Assembly: GCA_964035575.1 (NCBI GenBank)
Contig: OZ037841.1
Span: 620,001 to 684,000, forward strand
DNA: 64,000 bases
Direction: 5' to 3'
Source of the DNA: Rhynchopus sp. YZ270_cl-10
Taxonomy: Eukaryota
The first letter of the stretch is position 1, and every line of letters starts with the position of its first letter. The notes beneath the pieces were generated by a model. That model made no database searches and was not told the DNA's origin. It saw nothing but the letters and a program-made list of their open reading frames with translations. This document shows, in pieces, positions 1-12,940 of this stretch. The translations under genes and the position numbers were made by a program.

Positions 1-1535
1 AGAGAACTTTTTTTTTTCAGCAAACCCTGGTTGGGATATTTTTCAATGAAACTACATACTGAGTTCAAATACGAAAAGAATAGTGTATAGCAGACCACAC
101 TAGGGTGGCTACACTAATACAACCAAGTTTTCAAAAAAAACAACTACAACAACTAAGAACGAGCTAGCATCAACTTGATGATTCGCACTATAACAAAAAA
201 AAATTGTTTGACTATAAAAACTTGTAAGATGAATACAACTCCCTCACATATCACATCTTACAGACTAAATAAGGGGAGGAATTTAGCACGCACGGCACGC
301 ACCTCCTTTCTCTTCCCCCCTTTTTTTTTGGTGTAAAAAAAAAAAAAAAGGGCTATCATTCTTTCTTGAGGAGTTGTGAAACAAGTTGCACCCAAAAGAA
401 TAAGTTTCTCTCTCATCGAGTTATGTGAAACATATTCAAGGGAACAACAAACAACCAGAAAATCATGTGTGGAATGAAGGGAAAGACGTACTTTAAAAAA
501 AAAAATGCACAATTCAAATACCGGAGCTGGTGTGCGACTGAAAGTCACAAAAAAAAATAAAATGGCATTTTTTGCCCAATCGCGCCTCCCTATATTTTGC
601 AAGGTGAAAAAGAAAAGAAGAAAATTTTGCTTATCACTCAGTGGTGCTCCGGGGGAGGTCGATATTGACAGGTAGCTGACCGATTTCGTAAGCACCACTA
701 AAAAAAAAAAAATTTACTCGACCCCACCTCGAGTATAATAGAAAAGCCTTCTGAACCGCCATTAAGGATCAGGTAATGGATGTCAGGGTATAAGATCGTA
801 ACTGATACCTGAATCTCAAGAAAAAGAAATTTAAAAAAAAAATAATCAGAAATGATGAAAACTTGTATTGAAGAAGATAAGTGGGCCTGTACACATCCGG
901 TTGGAGATTACGAGGAGATAACGTCCAAGGCCTGCGAACCAACAACAGGTAAGGATGATCAGGTGTGCACGGTTGTGTTTGGGGTAAAACGGTACAATAT
1001 TTTTTTGTGCTTTTTTTGGTTTTGCTGTCCGACGAATTCCCTTTTTCTTTCTTTTCTTTCGCAGAGTTTAGTAAAAAAACATGCTCAAAAAAAAATAAAC
1101 AAAAAAGAAAGACAGCAGAAATATGAGAGGGGGAAAAAAAAAGAAAGCTTTTTATAATATCAGCCTAAGCCTCACAGGGTAATCACCTTGAATAAATGGC
1201 AGCTGGTAATTTTACTTTTTTTTAGTAAATGGTTGGAATAGCGGAGTTGTCACCTGTGTTAGCAGCTCAACCTCTCTCTCGTGAAGCTTGCATAACAAAA
1301 GAGACTTTTTGAGGCCAAAGTGTAGCCTGTGTTTCGTCTCCTGCTCGCCCAAAAAAAGAGATAAAAATGAACGATTTTTTTTTTTTTTTTGAAAGAAAGA
1401 AAGATGGAGTTGTCCATGGACATCTCGTCTTTTGTATTTGTTGTGGGGTTTGGGAAGTGTAGGGCTACAGCTGCGTGCGTACAAGCGTACAAGCGTACAA
1501 GCGTGCCATGATGGGGAGGGAAAAGAAAAGAAAAA

Positions 1536-1578
1536 GTTTATGAGATGAACCTAAGCCTCTCGTGCTTAGTCACCTTGA
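1536..1578 (-). repeat. Dispersed stem-loop repeat, family A (representative of >=20 co-oriented copies)
   Basis: Minus-strand consensus AAGGTGA-CTAAGC-ACGAGAG-GCTTAG-GT-TCATCTT-ATAAAC; further copies near 1846, 2265, 10836, 16536, 19540, 24775, 36319, 40879, 46004, 53248, 62790 and others. Confidence 0.85.
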
Positions 1579-2350
1579 TCGGAATCAAAGTTTTTCGGAT
1601 GACGTTGTCAGCGGTCGGATGCCGGCCCCGGATGAAAGCACAAAGTGCCCTACAGCCAGCAATAAAAATGAAAGATGAAATGGGTTTGTCATGTCTGTCA
1701 TTCACTTCTTTTTTTTTGTTCAAAAAAAAAAGGGAGAGAAAAGAACAATGCAACATCCTGGACAAAGAGGGAAATTCGGACTATCGTGATTTATTTTATT
1801 TTTTGCTCACACGATTTTGGGTCGCTTCGAAAGGAGAATTGGTCGGAAAGATGAACCTAAGCTCGCTTAGTCACCTCAGAACAATGTCAATATAAAAAAT
1901 ATTGTGTGGGAGATGAATGTGACTCTTGTGCACACACATCTTGAAAAATAAACAAGAAAACAAAACAAAAAAAAAATAAACAAACAGCAAGCAAAAGGGA
2001 CATAATTTGCAATCAAAAGAAGTTAGAAGGTGCGTATGCCTCACCGGACAAAAAAACCCAGGCACCTGCTTCTTCCGCGAGTTATCGAAACCCTAGAGCA
2101 CTTCATTAGATTGTATTCAGGTACGTGCATGACCATTTTGTCCCTAGAATAGGAAATAAACAAAAAACTATGTGCTGTCGCTGCCCAATTTGCTTTGTGT
2201 GTGTTTTTTTTTTCTCTTGTTGTGACAATTTTTGTGGTTTTTAAAAACAGGAGAGAAGGGTTGGTAAGATGAAACTAAGGTACGCTTAGTCACCTAAAAG
2301 TGAAGTTGTAAGACAATGCGAACGCCTGTGCGGGCGCAGGCACTGAGGGG

Positions 2351-2486
2351 TAATAGTGGCAGTATTGTGATGGGAGCCCATCGGAATACGCAAAATACAT
2401 CAAAATACATCACAATACACGTATTGTGATGAATTTTGATGTATTTTTGCGTACTCCAATGGACTCCCATCACAATACTGCCATTA
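2351..2486. mobile_element. Miniature inverted-repeat element, hAT-like
   Basis: Inverted termini GGCAGTATTGTGATGGGAG / CTCCCATCACAATACTGCC; flanking direct repeat CTGAGGGG at 2343-2350 and 2487-2494. Confidence 0.75.
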
Positions 2487-3686
2487 CTGAGGGGGGGCGG
2501 GGCGGGATGCTGTGCGTGATTTCTCCGCGTTTTGCTTATTAGCTTTCTAAACAGAAGCAAAGAAAATTCGAATATGGTATAAAGTGATCAAAAGTAAGTG
2601 AAAAGAATTGTGAGGGGGGAAAAGGATGGGGGGGAATAATGGGGGATTGCCATGTGAACAAAAAGCCTCTGGAATGGGAATGCATTAATTTTAAAAACAA
2701 CAACACTACTACAAGTTGAACTTACACCTTGCAGTGTTTTTTTTGGTCACAAAAGCAAAAAAAAAATTGTCCACACTTTCCCCAAAAGACACAGCATGCA
2801 TAATATCCTTTTCTTGAAGTTGAAAGTGCAAAATGCTTCTCCAAAGGCACTTCAAATAAAAAGCATATTTATTGCATCGATGACTTTTTTTTTGAAAAAC
2901 AAAAAAAAAGTACAAACGCAGCACAGTTGAAGGGGGAAATAAACTGAGAAAAGTCGAAAACAAAAACAAAAACAAAAACAGAAAAATTTGTCCTAGGCCT
3001 CTCCTGCTTTGCGTTACTAGAAGTGAAGGGTGTGTGCACAGCACTGTAACCTCGTGAAATGCATCGATCGACTCTCTTCATCTCCGTAGGTAAGGAGGTT
3101 TTTGTCATATTCCCGTCCCCTCCCTTTGCCATATTCTTTGTGAGTCACTTTAACTAAGCTCAAAGAAATGTTGTGTGAATACCCCCTTTTTTTGGCGACC
3201 ATTTTCAGGTCATTCAAAAAAAAAGAAAATGAGATCCCTCAATGGCTTGCTTTTGTTTTGTTTGTCAACAATCTCTCAGAAAAAAAAAAACGTGTCTGGG
3301 GGGGTGTATTAGGGTGTTTAGCGCAGTGTAAATCCTAAATCTGGGTCTCAAAAAAAATAAATCGAAAACCTACATGATTATCAAGAGATGTACACTGGTC
3401 CACCTGATTTTCCTGAAATTTTGGTGGGATTTTAATGGAGTTTTTTGGTGGTATTAAAACACACTCAAACTCAACTGAACTCTACCAAATTTAAGGCAAA
3501 ATCGGGTGGCTGGTTTAGCGGAATCCGGTATTTTGGTGTGACCACCCAAACCGATTCTCCGAGGTTCTTCCGTGGTTCTTCCGTAGGTACTCCGGTAAAG
3601 GGGGTATACTTTTTTTTTGTTGTTTTCGGTTTTCGCCACCCGGGGGGCTTCGAGACCTGGCAACCGCACACGTACCACACGTACCA

Positions 3687-4418
3687 CACAGTATACACAG
3701 TATACACAGTATACACAGTATACACAGTATACACAGTATACACAGTATACACAGTATACACAGTATACACAGTATACACAGTATACACAGTATACACAGT
3801 ATACACAGTATACACAGTATACACAGTATACACAGTATACACAGTATACACAGTATACACAGTATACACAGTATACACAGTATACACAGTATACACAGTA
3901 TACACAGTATACACAGTATACACAGTATACACAGTATACACAGTATACACAGTATACACAGTATACACAGTATACACAGTATACACAGTATACACAGTAT
4001 ACACAGTATACACAGTATACACAGTATACACAGTATACACAGTATACACAGTATACACAGTATACACAGTATACACAGTATACACAGTATACACAGTATA
4101 CACAGTATACACAGTATACACAGTATACACAGTATACACAGTATACACAGTATACACAGTATACACAGTACACACAGTACACACAGTACACACAGTACAC
4201 ACAGTACACACAGTACACACAGTACACACAGTACACACAGTACACACAGTACACACAGTACACACAGTACACACAGTACACACAGTACACACAGTACACA
4301 CAGTACACACAGTACACACAGTACACACAGTACACACAGTACACACAGTACACACAGTACACACAGTACACACAGTACACACAGTACACACAGTACACAC
4401 AGTACACACAGTACACAC
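3687..4418. repeat. 9-bp minisatellite, (CACAGTATA)n switching to (CACAGTACA)n near 4165
   Basis: Directly visible tandem array; flanked by inverted GGGGGTATAC-T9-GTTGTT (3600-3625) / AACAAC-A9-GTATACCCCC (4569-4593). Confidence 0.97.
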
Positions 4419-5707
4419 TATATACGGGCGGTTCATTTTTTTTCAACGGATTTTTTCCGTTATTTTCGCGCGAATATGCCATTTTTGGCACGTTTCAACC
4501 AATACAAACCCGTGGTGACCTCTCTCAGTCAAATTTGTGGTCATTTCCCCCTTGTGCCAGAAACTGAGAACAACAAAAAAAAAGTATACCCCCTAGCAGT
4601 TCTCCGAGGTTCCTCCGTGGTTCTTCCGTGGGTTCTCCGTACCCCTTGAATCACACCATATTTCCTTTTTCCTTTTTTTTCGCGTATGAAGGGGGTATAC
4701 AATACTGGTCTCTGCTAACGTGAGACCTGTATTTGGTTTTTTTTTTTTAGTTTTTTGAGTTTAGCTTATTCGTTACCTGAAAAAAAAGAAAAAAAGCTGT
4801 CAGGTGAGTTGTGTGGGTACCCTCACTTTGAGGGTCATAGTACTGCCTTGGCAATCACTTTATACGTATTGCACAAAGATTCTGGACTCAAATAAATCGG
4901 CTGAAACCCCCTTTTTTTGCTGCAAATCTACAAATCACCACACCATGAGAGGCGGGTTTCTGTGACTAAAATGGAACACAAAAAAAGGGCATTTTTTTTA
5001 AGATATTCTTTTGGTTATGTGCATAGCCAACAAGATACACCACTCTCGCCTACCATCAGCCCGTCTGTGTTTTGTTAAGGATACCTGCATTGGAAGCTTT
5101 TGGGCAGCCGAACACATTAGTTTGGGACATTTTTTTTGGGGGGAAATTGTCCATTTACAAGGGTCGATAAGATGAACCTAAGCATGTCTGCGTAAAGTCA
5201 TCTTTTTCAAGAAAAAATTGAAAAAGGAGGAGAATAAAGTGAAATTGACGGTGCAAAAAAAAAAAAAAAGCGCCTCTGGGACGCAGGCACCTTGACACTC
5301 CGCGGGTAAAATAATACAGAACTCCCTCCAATGTTTGTCGTCCAAAAAAAAAGTCGCTAAATCAACCACGAAAACCTTCAAATCCGGCAAACTTATTTGG
5401 AGTACTGCAATGAACCCCGGAGTGTAGCACTAGGGAGCTGCTGACAGGGAAAACTGTAAGCAGGGTTTTAAAATAAAAAAAATGATCACGCTCTTGCTTC
5501 ATAGGGTTTGTTTTGGGAACAAAATTCGAATCGGCTGAAGTGTGCGCAGCTGCCAAAAGATATGGGCAGTCTTCTTCACACAAAACCCCCCCCGATTATA
5601 TTTGATGCCCACTCTGTGAGTTACTTTGAGTAATAAAAACAAAATATGAAGCACGGTGAAGACACAATAGGGTATAGAGTGAGAGAGGAAGGAGAAGGGG
5701 AAAAAAA

Positions 5708-5742
<35 letters not shown>

Positions 5743-5751
5743 AAGACGGAT

Positions 5752-6625
5752 CAGAGCTCGCGCTAAAGTCCATCCCTCATCCCGGGATTTTTGGGGGTTT
5801 TGGTAGGAACGTTTTTTTTTTGCAGTACGGGGATTTCATTAAGAAACCAGAAGTTCTAATATTGTTGAGTAAGACCACCACATAGTGGACTTGCATATAC
5901 ATGTGACCCCGCCGTGGAACGCAATTGGCTCGGAAAGTCAAAAGAAAGAGGAGAAAAAAGAAAAGGAAAAAAAAAAATAGTTGGTTACCGTGCGCCTGCG
6001 GCGCTGCCTGTTCCCTTCCAGTTTCTACAGGCAAACACTTGCCCCCTTTACCTTACACTGACGGGTTTTGACCAAAACCAAGAACTTGTCCATTTCGGCA
6101 AATTGACCCCACCACAGAACGGACGAATTCCGGAAATGCAAATGCCGGTGTTTTCGCGCATTTTCATGTTGCAAGACGTCAGGATCAGGGAGAGAAAATC
6201 TGGTTGTGGGATTTACATTGGCCCTCTTTACCCTACATGGATTTTGACCAAAACCAAAAAATTGGCCATTTCGGCAAAGTGACCCCACCACAGCGCGGAC
6301 GGATTCCGGAAATTCCAATCGCGGTATGTTTTGGGGCTGAAAACCCACTGATTTTCAGGAGAAAAATTGCTTCCAAATCTCGGAATTTTCCGAATTTTCC
6401 TGAAAATGACCCTTGTTTACGAGTATGGGTTCATATTTTGCGAAAATTTAAGTCACTAAAATTTTGTCCATTTTTCCGTATATACCCCACCACAAGCCGG
6501 GATTGGCCCGGAAATGCCACAAAACGGGGTTTCCGGGCCTCCCCAGCTAACCTTTTCAAGGAACGTTTTTCCGTACCCGAAATCCATTTTTTCCCCATTT
6601 TTTCCCATAATTAGCGCGACCACTG
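5752..6625. mobile_element. Non-autonomous hAT-like element (MITE)
   Basis: TIRs CAGAGCTCGCGCTAA / TTAGCGCGACCACTG; 8-bp TSD AGACGGAT at 5744-5751 and 6626-6633. Confidence 0.9.
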
Positions 6626-6827
6626 AGACGGATGTGCAACATACACATTTACATAAAAGTAGATCCTCCAAAGTTTAAAAAAAATGTGTGTGTGTGTGTG
6701 TTATGTGTACAAAAGAGAAGTTGAAAGTGCAAATCCCGCACTCGCTTAATTTTTGTTTTTCTTTCTTCAAAAAATAACAAAAAGAAGAAAAAATGGCGAG
6801 TCTTCCCTCGCCTTTTTTCTTCTTCTC

Positions 6828-7760
6828 TTAAGACGAGGCAGCGTTCGATGCGGATGGCTGTCCTTCAAACTTCTCAAGGTTCTTATCATATTCGGAGAAC
6901 CCCACAGTCTGCTTCAACTCTGCAAATGATACCAGCTTTTCGTGCGGATGGACGTCGGTCTTGAGCATCTCCAAGGCTTCTTTCATTGCGCGGGCAGCCG
7001 CTGAGATGAGGGTCACAGAGTACATCGCGATGTTGAAACCCATCTCCTCAAGCCTCGACGGAGGCAGAATCGGGGTTGACCCAGACTCGATGAGATTTGC
7101 CATTTTGTACCCCTTGACTTCAGCACAGACCCGCGCCATTTCTACCTCGGTACCAGGCGCCTCGATGAAACAGATTTCTGCACCCAATTCATAGAAAAGG
7201 TTGGCACGGATGATCGCCTCGTCAATACCATGGGTGGTACAGCTGTCCGTTCTGGCCACTATGACGAGGTCTTGCCCTCTGGCACGCAATGCGTCACGCG
7301 CCTCACAAACAGCACGCATCCGCTGAACTGCCTCTTCACGTGAGATAACTGCCTTTCCTTTAACGTGGCCGCAACGTTTTGGCGCGATTTGGTCCTCAAC
7401 CATGATTCCTGCAAACCCTGCCTGCGCATATCCCGCAACCGTACGCTGTGCGGACACTGCATTCCCAAACCCGGTATCAGCATCGCCGATGATAGGGATG
7501 TTCACAGCAGCGCACATATTGCGTCCTTGGTCGAGCATCTCGCCGTAGGAGATGAGGCCTGTGTCGGGAACACAGAGGCGAGCTGCGGAGACGCTGAAGC
7601 CACTCATCTGCGCAACCTCAAACCCAGCGTTCTCAATCATACGCGCGCTGAACGCATCAAAGCAGCAGGGCATCCGGTTCAACTTCCCTGTCGCAAGCAG
7701 GGCACGCAGCTTATCCGCCGGGGTGCAGTAGTTCATTGCAGGGAGTTCCTGGCGGGACAT
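6828..7760 (-). CDS. Isocitrate lyase/PEP mutase superfamily enzyme (2-methylisocitrate lyase / 2,3-dimethylmalate lyase-like), 310 aa
   Basis: Motifs DADTGFG, EDQIAPKRCGH, VARTD, FIEAP; start set at MSRQELP because the upstream TS run is a microsatellite. Confidence 0.92.
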   Translation of the reverse strand: MSRQELPAMNYCTPADKLRALLATGKLNRMPCCFDAFSARMIENAGFEVAQMSGFSVSAARLCVPDTGLISYGEMLDQGRNMCAAVNIPIIGDADTGFGNAVSAQRTVAGYAQAGFAGIMVEDQIAPKRCGHVKGKAVISREEAVQRMRAVCEARDALRARGQDLVIVARTDSCTTHGIDEAIIRANLFYELGAEICFIEAPGTEVEMARVCAEVKGYKMANLIESGSTPILPPSRLEEMGFNIAMYSVTLISAAARAMKEALEMLKTDVHPHEKLVSFAELKQTVGFSEYDKNLEKFEGQPSASNAASS

Positions 7761-7823
7761 TGTGCAAAGGAGATGAGGAGCGAAGAGGGAATGTAGACTG
7801 AAGGGGTGTGATGAGAGAGGGAG

Positions 7824-7966
7824 GGTGGAGGTGGAGGTGGAGGTGGAGGTGGAGGTGGAGGTGGAGGTGGAGGTGGAGGTGGAGGTGGAGGTGGAGGTGG
7901 AGGTGGAGGTGGAGGTGGAGGTGGAGGTGGAGGTGGAGGTGGAGGTGGAGGTGGAGGTGGAGGTGG
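7824..7966. repeat. (GGTGGA)n hexamer microsatellite upstream of the lyase gene
   Basis: About 24 tandem units; reads (TCCACC)n on the sense strand. Confidence 0.95.
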
Positions 7967-8911
7967 CCGTAAAGAGAAGTTGAAAGTGCAAACGCCTCAC
8001 CATGCGATATTGGTGGACGCAGGGGCAATGATTCTTCGCGGGTTATTGAAACCCCAGAGCGCACTTAATTGACATGCAAGTAAAAAAAATGGCGTGAAAC
8101 GCAAAAGCCCTCGTGAGTGTACTGATGAGTAGAAAAGATGTCGGACCGCACCAAGGCGCCCAAGCTCACATGGTCGATGCTGGGTGCTTGCATGCTGTCC
8201 GTATTGCTCTGGCGTGGTTTAAAAGCTTGCCCTCCTGACTCGAAGTGGTGGGGCGTGTCCATTAACCCGTTTTTTTTGTAACGTCTTCGCAAGTGTGATG
8301 CTCAGGGTAATGCACACAATTCCTCCTCAAAGAGAAGCCTCAGCATAGCGTATATATTAAAGGTTTTGTTGTTGGTCATCATGTGCGCGTTTCGGAAGGA
8401 AACCTTGGTGTGTGAGATGTGCTTCCTCCCCCCACCCTTCCCATTTGATATGTAAAGGGGGTTTGTGGGACGTCGTGAAGCTACCCTCAAGGAAGGGGTA
8501 AATACTGGGGAACTTTTGGTGCATTGAAAAGCAAAGGGGAATAGGTTTTTTTGCTCGATTAGATTAGTGGAGTAGAATTTGTTTTACCACAAAAAAAACA
8601 CACACAAAAAATGTAAAAATGGTGTAAAAAAAAAGGAAATGTGACGTTGACAGCAAAGAACATAGTTGACGTACATTATTAGTGTAGCTCACCACTCGAG
8701 CCTCACCCCTCAATACGCTTCGTTTTTCTCTCTCACATGATGTAAACCATGATCCAAGACTAAACAATACAATGCACACCCTCTTTAAAGTGTAACACAT
8801 CATGGGCAAACTCCGTTTGTAGTCTCGACATTCACCCAAGGACGGGTTCTGTGGGTTGCCCAAAAGGCTAATGAATTTCACAAAAATTTCACACAAAAAA
8901 AAACCCCCCCT

Positions 8912-10039
8912 TTACACAACGATCTTGACCTTTTTGATCCCGGTGAGTCCTGTCTTGCGGAGCTCCATCTCTGCAGCACGGTTGTTCACCGCAGTGTACT
9001 GTGCAAGGTCGCTTTGTTTAAGGTTGTAGTGCTCTGTTGTGCCATCATCGAATAGGACCTGCACCTGCCTGGTACGTGCCGACGCAGCAACCTTCTCCTC
9101 CCCGGGGCGGGACCGCCACGTTTGCTTCAACAGCTGCAAAAAGTTCTCATCGCTCGCCACCCTCACACTGATGTCCTTATAATAATCGATGAACTCACAC
9201 TCCGAGATCAACTCATCCGTATCCTTCACCCATGAGTCTATGAACTGCGCGAGGCAGGTCTCCTCCTGCGACGCTCCGCTCAGCACGTCTGGGTGCAGAT
9301 CAGCACGGTACGACACTTTCAACTCCTCAAACGAGATCGACCCACTCTTATCCGTATCAACATGCGCAAAGGCGTATTTAACGAGCTGTGTCCTCCACTG
9401 CCCCATATCGCCTCTGATAGTATGGCAAACCTCTTCAATCGAGATCTTCCCGTCTTGGTTGCGATCGAAATATTTGCGCACGATGTTCCATTCTTCGGGG
9501 TTAAGGTTCACTCCGTGCTTGACAAACCCAGAGCACAGCTCATCTTGGGAGAGCACCCCGTTCCCGTCTTGGTCCATTGTTCTGAGGGAAAGAACCAGGG
9601 CGCGGTTGCCTTCTCCGCCGGATTGGGAAATGAGGTGTTCGCAGATGCGACGGCAGAGGGAACGGCATTCCTCTGATGCAGCAGGGACGGCAACGATGCC
9701 GTAGAGGCCTCTGGTGAATTCAGAGAAGTCGAGGAGACCTGAGTCGTCAGAGTCGTAGCGGTGGAAGAGGGCCGTCAGGACATCGTCCATACCGCTCATG
9801 GAGTGCTCCGACAGCGCGTGGATGAATTGTGGCAAAGACAGCCTGCCCGGGTGCGGGCTCGTGACCGGGTCGTATCGTTGAAACAGCTTGAGCAGCTCCG
9901 CCCGTGCGGCCCTCTCCTCCCCAAAGCCAGACTTCGAAAGCATCTTATACTTCAACCTCGCCTCCACGTCAATCACATCCTTATTCAACTGTATATCACT
10001 CTTCTCCAACCCATTGAATTTGAAGCTCATTGTATACAT
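8912..10039 (-). CDS. Multi-EF-hand calcium-binding protein, calcyphosin-like, 375 aa
   Basis: EF loops DSDDSGLLDFSE, DQDGNGVLSQDE, DRNQDGKISIEE, DTDKSGSISFEE; calcyphosin-like HPDVLSG and EFIDYY segments. Confidence 0.88.
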   Translation of the reverse strand: MYTMSFKFNGLEKSDIQLNKDVIDVEARLKYKMLSKSGFGEERAARAELLKLFQRYDPVTSPHPGRLSLPQFIHALSEHSMSGMDDVLTALFHRYDSDDSGLLDFSEFTRGLYGIVAVPAASEECRSLCRRICEHLISQSGGEGNRALVLSLRTMDQDGNGVLSQDELCSGFVKHGVNLNPEEWNIVRKYFDRNQDGKISIEEVCHTIRGDMGQWRTQLVKYAFAHVDTDKSGSISFEELKVSYRADLHPDVLSGASQEETCLAQFIDSWVKDTDELISECEFIDYYKDISVRVASDENFLQLLKQTWRSRPGEEKVAASARTRQVQVLFDDGTTEHYNLKQSDLAQYTAVNNRAAEMELRKTGLTGIKKVKIVV

Positions 10040-11401
10040 TGTGTTGTTTTTTTTTCAAAAAAATCTGAGCGGAGGGGAGGGGGGCTGTGTGGGGTATCCC
10101 GGGGGGGTCAAAATTGTCAGCCTTCACATCAATATGTGAAGGCCAGCGGAAACGGGAACAAAAAATATAAACGAATCTCACTTTTCGGTTGGAGATCTCC
10201 AAACACCCAAATGAAGTCTGCTTGCCGTGGAGGAAAGGCTGCGTTCTCTATTTGAACGCGCAATATCCTCAACCTCTTTGAGTGAAGAGTGGGGTGAAAA
10301 GATAGGGGTCACTTTGTTTGTTTACGTATCGGGTGTTGAAGCGACGTCATGCCAAAAAAAAGTGGCATTTTTATAATCTGTTCAATTTGTTTTGTTTTGA
10401 AAGCTTGGTTGTAACAGTGTACACATCCGAGGGATGCGCTCCGCTGTGTTAGTCGTTTGTGTGACAAGGTCTCAGCACGAAGCAAAGATTGTCACATAGT
10501 TCTTTTAAAAAGAGTTCGATTGCAAGAGGTTTTCGGGTTATTTGCGTTGCGCCAAAAGATGAAACTTCTTCAGTGCGAAGCAAAAAAGCCCACAAAACCA
10601 AACCAAAGTAAAAGAAAAGAAATCCGACAACAGGCTCCTGGAAGAAGCTTGTCTGCGGTTGTATACATGGAAGCAGGTCGAAAGAGGAACACATGGCACC
10701 AACGTGCGCATGCGGGAGTGCCTCAGTGCAACCAGTCAATGGAAATATAAGCAAGAGAGGGGGAAAAAAATGTGAAGTCGAAAGTGTGCAAGTGCCTCTG
10801 CAGAGACAGAAGAAAAGGAAGGAAATCAAAGAAAAGTTTATAAGATGATCCTAAGCCTCTCGTGCTTAGTCGCCTTATCAAAATATAGAGAGAGTAAAGT
10901 TCATGATATGTTTCAACAATTGAAATGAGAGGGAGAAAAAAAAGGTGCCAAATTAGATGGAAAAAGCTTTGGGGGAAAAGGTGATAAAACTGTGTGCGTG
11001 TGGTTCACCGCAGAGAAGGCTTATGAAATATTTTTTTATTTCTGTTTGCTTTTTCTTTGAGTCCTAATAGATGCAACAGCAAATAAAAGTAGGGGAAGTC
11101 CATCAAGAGAATCGTGGGAGACAACGAGGGAAGTCATACGACAGACAGAGCTTTGCTGAACAACGTGATAAAGGAACAACGCACCCTCTGCAAAACAGTG
11201 GGAACACATTGTGTCGGCTGTGTATTTCAGAAAAGCCTGTGTGCAGAAAAGTTTTGACAGATGCGTGCGCGTGTGTGCAGAGGCACACATACATCTGTAG
11301 TTGCATGACAAGGAAATCAATAATAACAGCGATACGTAAGTCGCACTGCAAAAGTGCAGAGGACAAAATGTTATATCAAAAGCAAGCGATTGAAATCAGC
11401 T

Positions 11402-12344
11402 TCAAGCAAAGTTAACACCGTTCTCCTGCAGCTGGCGCCAGGCTGCCACAAAGTGTGTCTCGAAGAGAGCACGGTCAGTCGAGAAGGTCCTCACAATGTT
11501 GCTCAGTCTTGCGTCCTGACGCATCACCATGTCAATCGGGAGCATGATGAAGCGGGGCTGGGGTCCACCACGGTACTGCAGGTCCGTGCCGTCGGACTCT
11601 GCCGTATTCGGTCCCCACGGGCCATTGATAAGATTATTGAAGTACTCAATACCGAAGACGAGGTTGTTCGCCGTCCACAGTCCCTCGTTTCCGCTGATCG
11701 CAAGGTGCATGGCACCTTGCGATTGGCACCGGAAACGCTGTCTTCACCGGCTCAAGTGCGTCCGTGGCCACGTCGACCCCTGCGTTGTCGGGCAGCGCGT
11801 TCTCCGGTGTCGTTCTGATGCACCCGCCAGTCGTCCCCCCAATCGGCATCGCAGCACCGTTGAACTGTCCGCAGCTGTGCCACGCAAGGCGCACCAGCAG
11901 CGGCCGCATCGACGAGGGGCTGCTCTCAATCAGCGCCACCAGCGCCTCCACCACATCCAGGTACTGCTCCCGCACAGCCTCCAGGATGCTCTGTCCGGGG
12001 AGAGTCAGCGAGTTCCCAAAGTCGCGCTCAACCACAGGTGCGTCAGTTGCAGGTGCATCTGTTGCAGGTGCGTCCGTCTCCGGCACGGCGGGTGCGTCAG
12101 TGGCCGGTGCGTCTGTCGCAGGTGCGTCCGTCTCAGGTACAACAGGCACGGGTGCGTCTGTCGCAGGTACTGGTGCGTCCGTCACGACTGGTGTTGTGGG
12201 GTCTGTCGGCACCGGAACCGGTGGGCCTGTCGGAGCCGGCGGTGGAGTGGGACGTGGTGGACGTGTGCGGCGAGGTCTCTGCGCTTCGACACTGGTGACG
12301 GTGCTTGCCACCAACAGCAGACACATGTACACGGCACACTTCAT
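11402..12344 (-). pseudogene. Class I heme peroxidase (APX/CCP family) with signal peptide and TDAP-repeat stalk; central deletion and frameshift
   Basis: Distal motif VRLAWHSCG and LEPVK in one frame; SGNEGLWT, EYFNNL, MLPIDM, FVAAW in another; intervening segment with the proximal His absent. Confidence 0.82.
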
Positions 12345-12857
12345 GGCTGGGCTTTGTGGGGTGTGGTTTCACTTGCAAATATGTGTTGAGATCTGTGAAC
12401 AGGGTGGTATGGTATGGTATGGTGTTGGTAGGCTGATAGGAACCCACCGCACAGTGGGTGGAAATGAAGAACCAACGCAGACTACCCACGCCCCAAGGAC
12501 ACTGTTCTGAGGTACTAGAGAAAAGGGGAGGGGCTTAACTTTTTTTTTTTACTTGGTGTCTTTTAAATCTATCTAAAGTGGGTTGGGGCTTTGTGGATGG
12601 GGGAAATAAACACTAGGGGAAGGGAGAGAGGGGATCTAGGGAATGGGAGGAATGGAGAGAAAGAGGACGCGGCTTGGAGTGGGTTAGCCCAGTTTTTTTT
12701 TAAATTTAAAAAGGTAGGGGAGAAACATCTGGGCGTATCGCGGCAGCCTACTATAGAATTAAAGGTTTAAACTTTTTGTTTGACTTACACATCACGGAAT
12801 GGTAGTCGCATTTTTTTTTTCTTCGGCAGGATCCAACTAAAGAGAGCAAAAAAAGTA

Positions 12858-12940
12858 GAGTTGAAATACAAAGCCCTCTCGTGAACAGTGTACCTTGGTA
12901 CATAGTGCACCGGGGGCGGACACCCAACCAATGCAGTCCT
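12858..12940 (-). repeat. Dispersed stem-loop repeat, family C (representative)
   Basis: Plus strand TTGAAATACAAAGCCCTCTCGTGAACAGTGTACC; copies near 8095, 36574, 36896, 61711, 61927. Confidence 0.8.

Noticed and set aside
1536..1578. Family A hairpin as hammerhead ribozyme, group II intron domain V or sarcin-ricin loop
   Set aside because: No CUGAUGA/GAAA core, no AGC triad, and only the ACGAGAG heptamer matches the SRL
3445..4567. Long ORFs with YTV/TQY/CVY repeats
   Set aside because: Translations of a stop-free 9-bp satellite, open in several frames on both strands
3393..4710. Outer element bounded by an ACTGGTC direct repeat
   Set aside because: No terminal inverted repeats at those ends; boundaries unsupported
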